IMG/VR virus record: IMGVR_UViG_3300025141_015636
Strand: one strand, 5' to 3'
From: an uncultured virus (IMG/VR IMGVR_UViG_3300025141_015636)
Lineage: Duplodnaviria; Heunggongvirae; Uroviricota; Caudoviricetes
DNA: 63,076 nucleotides
Numbering within the stretch: the first letter of the stretch is position 1; every line of letters starts with the position of its first letter. A program made the translations under genes and the position numbers. Of this stretch, positions 58,623-63,076 are shown in pieces. The notes under the pieces are model-generated. The model did not search any database and had not been told where the DNA came from. It saw only the letters and a list, made by a program, of their open reading frames with translations.

Positions 58623-58630
58623 TATAAAAT
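58602..58630 (+). promoter_or_regulatory. Sigma-70-like promoter for the RadA-like gene
   Basis: GTGCAA-17 bp-TAAAAT. Confidence 0.6.
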
Positions 58631-58660
58631 ATAAATGAAATCAGGCACGAAAGGAACAAA

Positions 58661-59407
58661 ATGAAGCTAAATACAAAGACAAATACTATTGCTACTGGGA
58701 CAAATATTCTTGACGTCAAAATTCCAAAAAGGCTTCGAGAGAGACATAAGTGTGGAGTAAAATATTTTGATGATGCACTTGGGGGAAGAGGGTTTACACC
58801 GTCTATGGTAACATTATTTACTGGAACCCCGGGTGCAGGAAAAACAACAATGATGCTTGAAATAGCAAATAGCCTGACAAGAACAGGTGCATCAGTTCTT
58901 TTTAATACAGCAGAAGAATCTCTATTTCAACTAAAACTCACAGTTGAAAGACTTAATTTGAGAAATGGATTTTTTGCAGGAGAGGAGTCTTATGTTCCCG
59001 AGCTTATTAAAAATTGTGATAAAATTAGAGAGGAAAATCCCAAGAAACCATTCTTTTTAATTGTTGATAGTCTACAGACTTTAAATGATGGAAAGTACGG
59101 AAATAATACTAATAGCAAAACTGCAGAACGATCACTTCAGATAATTACAGAATACTGCAAAGAGAACTTTTGTAATGCAATTATTATTGGGCAAGTTACA
59201 AAGTCCGGAAAGATGGCAGGGGCAAATGTATTAAAGCATATGGTTGATTCTTTAATTACATTAGATGTTGAGAGAAAAGATGAAGATCTAATGGGATGCA
59301 GAATTCTCTGCGTTGAAAAAAATAGATTTGGTGGGGCAGGGCATATATTCTTTCTCTCCTTGCAGCAAAAAGGATTTACAGAAGTAAGCAGGGTTAGTCT
59401 TTCATAA
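58661..59407 (+). CDS. RadA/Sms-like RecA-fold ATPase (core domain only)
   Basis: GTPGAGKTT, AEES, VDSLQ, QVTKSG.MAG...LKHMVD, KNRFG. Confidence 0.85.
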   Translation: MKLNTKTNTIATGTNILDVKIPKRLRERHKCGVKYFDDALGGRGFTPSMVTLFTGTPGAGKTTMMLEIANSLTRTGASVLFNTAEESLFQLKLTVERLNLRNGFFAGEESYVPELIKNCDKIREENPKKPFFLIVDSLQTLNDGKYGNNTNSKTAERSLQIITEYCKENFCNAIIIGQVTKSGKMAGANVLKHMVDSLITLDVERKDEDLMGCRILCVEKNRFGGAGHIFFLSLQQKGFTEVSRVSLS

Positions 59408-59443
59408 GTTAACGAATATACATTATATGTGTAATATTTCTTT

Positions 59444-59668
59444 ATGGAAAACTACATGTATACAATGGATCAAGAAGAGCTTTCTGATATTGCCGGGATA
59501 ATAATTTCGCTTAACAATCTAGATCTCTACGAGATGTGGATAAAGATTCAGCATGAATTTTCATCAGAAAATGTTATTGATATATTTTTCTTTCTATGCG
59601 AAAATAATAAGATAGATGATCTAATTAAATCTAAGAGATTTTATGATGATAAGTTTAGAGATATTTGA
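59444..59668 (+). CDS. Hypothetical protein
   Basis: 74-aa ORF. Confidence 0.45.
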   Translation: MENYMYTMDQEELSDIAGIIISLNNLDLYEMWIKIQHEFSSENVIDIFFFLCENNKIDDLIKSKRFYDDKFRDI

Positions 59669-59695
59669 CTATGTATTATATGGGAGGCATTTAAA

Positions 59696-59953
59696 ATGAA
59701 TGACCCGTTGCTAGATAACATTCTTAATAGTTCGTCTGAATTTATTTCACATGAGCCCACATATATCCTTAGTGGGTCTGGATGGTCATGGTTTTATGAC
59801 CCCGATGAGAGAACTATGGTTCCAGTACTTCGAGGAATCGAATGTTTTATAGACGATCTTCCAAAAGAAGAAGATTCAAAGATAACAATATACACATCAA
59901 AGAGAAGAATAGTTGTTAAAAAAGAAGATGTCATAGAGGTCGGCTGGAATTAA
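59696..59953 (+). CDS. Hypothetical protein
   Basis: GGGAGG RBS. Confidence 0.6.
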   Translation: MNDPLLDNILNSSSEFISHEPTYILSGSGWSWFYDPDERTMVPVLRGIECFIDDLPKEEDSKITIYTSKRRIVVKKEDVIEVGWN

Positions 59954-60055
59954 GTTGTATTTTTTTATATCTTAGTGTTCACAGTGGCTGAGTTTTATTA
60001 AGAGCGATAATTTTGATTCATTTTTTCCATATGTAATATTATGGAGGTTTGAATT

Positions 60056-60751
60056 ATGTCTATATTTGCTATGTTATCTTTTCTTTTTTTTGCATCACCG
60101 GCTGCCTTAGCTGAACCTACTATTTCTGCTGTAGATCTGAGGCAAGAACCTATTCATAATGTTTTTGAAAGAACATTTCGAAATGTAAGTGAATCAGTTG
60201 TTGAAGTAAGGCGAAGCGATATATCAGGATATGGTACAGGGACACTGTTTAAAGTTGATGGAAATAGCTTTGCGCTCACAGCTGCACATGTTGTTAGAGG
60301 TACGAGCTCAGCCCTTATAGTAAAAGATGGAATATCTGTAGAGGGTCAAGTTGTATACTATAGCGAAGAAACTGATATTGCTGTGATATCTGTTCCCGAG
60401 GGTCCTGTTTCAAGTTCATCAATGAGATTAAGAATAAGATCTAGTTCAATATCTACAGGTGAAAGAACAGGATATTGCGGATTTCCAAATAGAACTGATT
60501 TGGCATGTTATTCAGGAAGAGTATCAAGAGTTGCTGAAGGAGTGATTAATATTCATTCATATGCATGGATGGGAGCATCGGGATCACTCGTTCTTGATTC
60601 AAGAGGTAGAGCTGTTGGAATATTAAGTGCAGTAGAAACAGGATTTGTATTTGGTCTACCACAACTTATAGAGGATGTTGTATGGGCCAGGCCTTTTGAT
60701 GAAAGCTTCATGCAGGCATACAGAGATGGATTTCAGCAATCAACAAATTAG
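60056..60751 (+). CDS. Exported trypsin-like serine protease
   Basis: Signal peptide; GTG, LTAAHV, DIAV, GASGS triad motifs. Confidence 0.88.
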   Translation: MSIFAMLSFLFFASPAALAEPTISAVDLRQEPIHNVFERTFRNVSESVVEVRRSDISGYGTGTLFKVDGNSFALTAAHVVRGTSSALIVKDGISVEGQVVYYSEETDIAVISVPEGPVSSSSMRLRIRSSSISTGERTGYCGFPNRTDLACYSGRVSRVAEGVINIHSYAWMGASGSLVLDSRGRAVGILSAVETGFVFGLPQLIEDVVWARPFDESFMQAYRDGFQQSTN

Positions 60752-60761
60752 AAAATTATAC

Positions 60762-60790
60762 ATGTAAAATACTTCTTAATATTTTATAAT
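60762..60790 (+). promoter_or_regulatory. Sigma-70-like promoter for the PD-(D/E)xK gene
   Basis: ATGTAA-17 bp-TATAAT. Confidence 0.65.
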
Positions 60791-60807
60791 TTTATTAAGG
60801 AGATAAT

Positions 60808-61566
60808 ATGAAATATTTTCACAGAGATGGTGTTGTTGAAACGCTCAAAAAAATGTCTGAATTTGAGCTAATGTTAAAGAATCTATTCGATAAGTTTAAT
60901 CTTTCGCTAAGGGAAAATACTGGTAGAAGAAATAATCTTATGTCACAAGCACACGAAAAGTTCTTCACTGATTTGCTTGTTTCATCGGGGTATGATGCAA
61001 TTTGTTCAGGTCGGACAGGTGAGCCAGATATATACATAAGAGATATTGATAGAGAGCTAGAATGTAAGCTATCATCTTCATCATCTCACTCATGGCCCTT
61101 GCAATGCGACTATTCAACATTGACAAGAAAGGGGAGCCTTGATTTTCTATACGTCCTATGCGATAAAAACTTTAATAAGTTTGCAGTACTATTATTTGAT
61201 AGCTTATCAATAGATGATTTTCACTATCCTGCACCAGGATCTAGACAAAAGTCAAGAATGAACAAGAGCCGTGCAATGGAAAAATGTACACCAATAATCG
61301 GAAATATTGAAAATATAAATGATAAGCTTATTGAAAAGTACGAAACAGATTATAGTCTAGTAGTTGAAAAAATGAATTTAAGAATTGATGAAATAAAATC
61401 TAGAATTGCTTCTTCAAAGTCTCTAGTATCAATTGAGAAAGACAGAAAGCTTCTCAAGAGAGAGTCTGATAGATTTTTAAATAGACAAGGGAAGATACAG
61501 AGTAAGATAAAAATGTGGAGCAATAAGCCCGCTCAATATAAGATACACCTAGAAGATATATCATAA
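60808..61566 (+). CDS. PD-(D/E)xK nuclease-like protein
   Basis: HE...GEPDIYI....ELECK; C-terminal coiled coil. Confidence 0.55.
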   Translation: MKYFHRDGVVETLKKMSEFELMLKNLFDKFNLSLRENTGRRNNLMSQAHEKFFTDLLVSSGYDAICSGRTGEPDIYIRDIDRELECKLSSSSSHSWPLQCDYSTLTRKGSLDFLYVLCDKNFNKFAVLLFDSLSIDDFHYPAPGSRQKSRMNKSRAMEKCTPIIGNIENINDKLIEKYETDYSLVVEKMNLRIDEIKSRIASSKSLVSIEKDRKLLKRESDRFLNRQGKIQSKIKMWSNKPAQYKIHLEDIS

Positions 61567-61712
61567 TGAATCAGGAGTATGAAAGTAGAAAATTTAGTAC
61601 AATGGAAAAGATTTCCACTATAGCATTCTCATTAACTCTTGCAGTAGCGATTGTACTTAGATCTATGATTAATTCTAGAAATGAAAAAAAGAAGAGCTCG
61701 AAAAAATATTAA
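61566..61712 (+). CDS. Small single-TM protein (absent from the ORF track)
   Basis: TAATG-coupled 48-aa ORF. Confidence 0.4.
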   Translation: MNQEYESRKFSTMEKISTIAFSLTLAVAIVLRSMINSRNEKKKSSKKY

Positions 61713-61714
61713 AC

Positions 61715-62287
61715 TTATTGAGACATTGTATCTTCTATGAGATAATCTATTGAAGATGCACTGTATCCTCTGAGAACTTCATGTATTATCATATCACTCG
61801 TAATAAAATAAAACGTCGGCCAGCCTGTAACGCTCCACCCATCGTTTGCCTCAGAGGCTATAAGCGATCTATTTCCAGAAAGAACGGGTGCATCAATTAT
61901 TCCAAAATTATCTGCCCATCTTTTTAAATCATCTTGCGTGGGCTCTGACCCTGACATTGTTTCAATTATAATTGTAATATATACAAAATTCTCTTTATCA
62001 TATTCACTAGATATCCTTTGAATATCGGAAGCAGCAACTTGGCAATATCCACACCACTCTGTGCTAAAATCTATTACAATTACTTTTCCATAGTTTTCGT
62101 ATAGAGACATGGTATCTCCATTTTGATCGACTAGGTCAAAATCACAAGGATGATCTCCTGTTTCATAAGAACACTCTGTCCATGGAACGCTGTTAGATTC
62201 ATCTGTTTCAGATATAAGTTCACCGCTCTTGCATCCACTGCATACAACAGTCAGTGATAATAAAGATGAAATAAAAAACTTATACAT
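61715..62287 (-). CDS. TlpA-like thioredoxin / redoxin, probable lipoprotein
   Basis: Signal with Cys, DFDLVDQNG, GKVIVIDFSTEWCGYC, GWPTFYFI. Confidence 0.85.
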   Translation of the reverse strand: MYKFFISSLLSLTVVCSGCKSGELISETDESNSVPWTECSYETGDHPCDFDLVDQNGDTMSLYENYGKVIVIDFSTEWCGYCQVAASDIQRISSEYDKENFVYITIIIETMSGSEPTQDDLKRWADNFGIIDAPVLSGNRSLIASEANDGWSVTGWPTFYFITSDMIIHEVLRGYSASSIDYLIEDTMSQ

Positions 62288-62301
62288 AAATAACTCCTAT
62301 A

Positions 62302-62517
62302 TTATAAAACTATCATTAAAATACTTACTAGACAGCCTACTATTAAACCGACTGAAAATGAAATAAGAATTTTTGCTCGTATTGTTGACTTGTCATAATC
62401 AACGCTGTATCGCTCTCTTTCAATTACATATTTTTGAATTGCAAGATCATTCTCAATCTTATTCAATTCTCTCTCTTTTTCAAAAACCCAGTTGGGAAAG
62501 TTTATTAAATCACCCAA
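62302..62517 (-). CDS. Small protein with C-terminal TM segment
   Basis: Hydrophobic C-terminus; GGAG RBS. Confidence 0.5.
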   Translation of the reverse strand: MGDLINFPNWVFEKERELNKIENDLAIQKYVIERERYSVDYDKSTIRAKILISFSVGLIVGCLVSILMIVL

Positions 62518-62531
62518 TTTTTTTCTCCACT

Positions 62532-63074
62532 TTAGTTACAAGACCATATTCCATACTCTATATCTATTGTACTACCGTCATCCGGTGCAGTTGTAAAAAT
62601 TATAGAATTAGATGAAATATCATATAACCATCCAGAAGATACAGAACCATCGATAGAAACAACAATTGTTTCCTCTATGGGTGTATCTGAAAGAGCAAAC
62701 CCCATTTGTGCTAGCGAATCCCTTGCTAGAGTATCCATTGTTGCGCTCCAGTCAGATGCGCATATTGACATAAATGTACCGCCCAAATCATTTACAACTT
62801 CATAGTACCCTTCGCCAAATTGCGCCCCACCATTTGCGCTGCAGCCCGATGGATAGTCGCCTGCAATCGCATGTGCAATAACAAGTGAAGAAGAAGACTT
62901 CAAAGATAAGAGAGATGCAGAATAATCTGAAAATACCATGGTAGCAGAGCCTCCACCTCCATATGCATAATCAGAAAAGTCGGGCTCATCAGAAACATAT
63001 ACCACGACTAGTCTAGCATCTGACCTTTGGAATCCAGTTGAACTTCCTAGCGATGCGTCACCAGTTGTTGTAGA
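62532..63074 (-). CDS. vWA-domain exported protein, 5'-truncated by window edge
   Basis: Frame open to the edge: GFQRSDARLVVVYVSDEPD, GG...SICASDW, FALSDTP, W.YD..SNSI.F...P..G..I.I.Y. Confidence 0.7.
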   Translation of the reverse strand, partial: STTTGDASLGSSTGFQRSDARLVVVYVSDEPDFSDYAYGGGGSATMVFSDYSASLLSLKSSSSLVIAHAIAGDYPSGCSANGGAQFGEGYYEVVNDLGGTFMSICASDWSATMDTLARDSLAQMGFALSDTPIEETIVVSIDGSVSSGWLYDISSNSIIFTTAPDDGSTIDIEYGIWSCN

Positions 63075-63076
63075 TT

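Noticed and set aside
1550..62615. Numerous 60-135 aa ORFs antisense to or nested within long genes
   Set aside because: They overlap well-supported genes and lack RBS or motifs; treated as shadow ORFs.
1..63076. CRISPR array, cas genes or tRNA genes
   Set aside because: No regularly spaced direct repeats, Cas motifs or cloverleaf with T-loop consensus were seen in the intergenic gaps.
1..63076. Alternative genetic code (stop-codon reassignment)
   Set aside because: Conserved genes are full length under code 11, and TAA, TAG and TGA all end genes at tight junctions.
1..63076. Cellular chromosome or eukaryotic giant virus origin
   Set aside because: Housekeeping-like genes are isolated from their normal operons and mixed with orphan, lysis and tail-like genes; Shine-Dalgarno sites, sigma-70 and peptidoglycan hydrolases point to a bacteriophage. 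No capsid or terminase gene is in the window, so this remains an inference.

Overview
AT-rich, gene-dense, mostly + strand segment that reads as a large (jumbo-type) bacteriophage genome using the standard bacterial code. It is not a cellular chromosome: there are no ribosomal genes and many short orphan ORFs. It encodes its own replication set (5'-3' exonuclease, DnaB-type helicase, family C DnaE polymerase, DinG and RadA-like ATPases). It also carries a large nucleotide-metabolism set (class II NrdJ, ThyX, thymidine kinase, dCMP deaminase, IMPDH/GMPR, NTP pyrophosphatases), a sigma-70 factor, chaperones and protease (GroEL, DnaK, Hsp20, ClpP), lysis-type genes and host-like exported proteins. 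Three signals stand out. (1) An ORF-free, GC-richer, heavily base-paired ~640-nt RNA locus at about 48.15-48.79 kb with its own promoter, a perfect boxA antitermination element and a terminator-like hairpin. (2) A dispersed family of proteins sharing an M-K/R-I-T-x-x-x-L-R-x-x-I-x-x-E leader, I/L-x-E motifs at domain borders and an upstream ATA(A/T/C)TTA motif. It includes a 1577-aa four-enzyme polyprotein and an empty leader-only stub, suggesting a capsid-loaded, protease-matured enzyme cargo system. (3) A dNMP kinase/thymidylate-synthase-fold fusion with a cytosine-type Asp, next to sugar-nucleotide genes, suggesting modified-base DNA. All calls come from motif recognition by eye; no database searches or folding programs were run.
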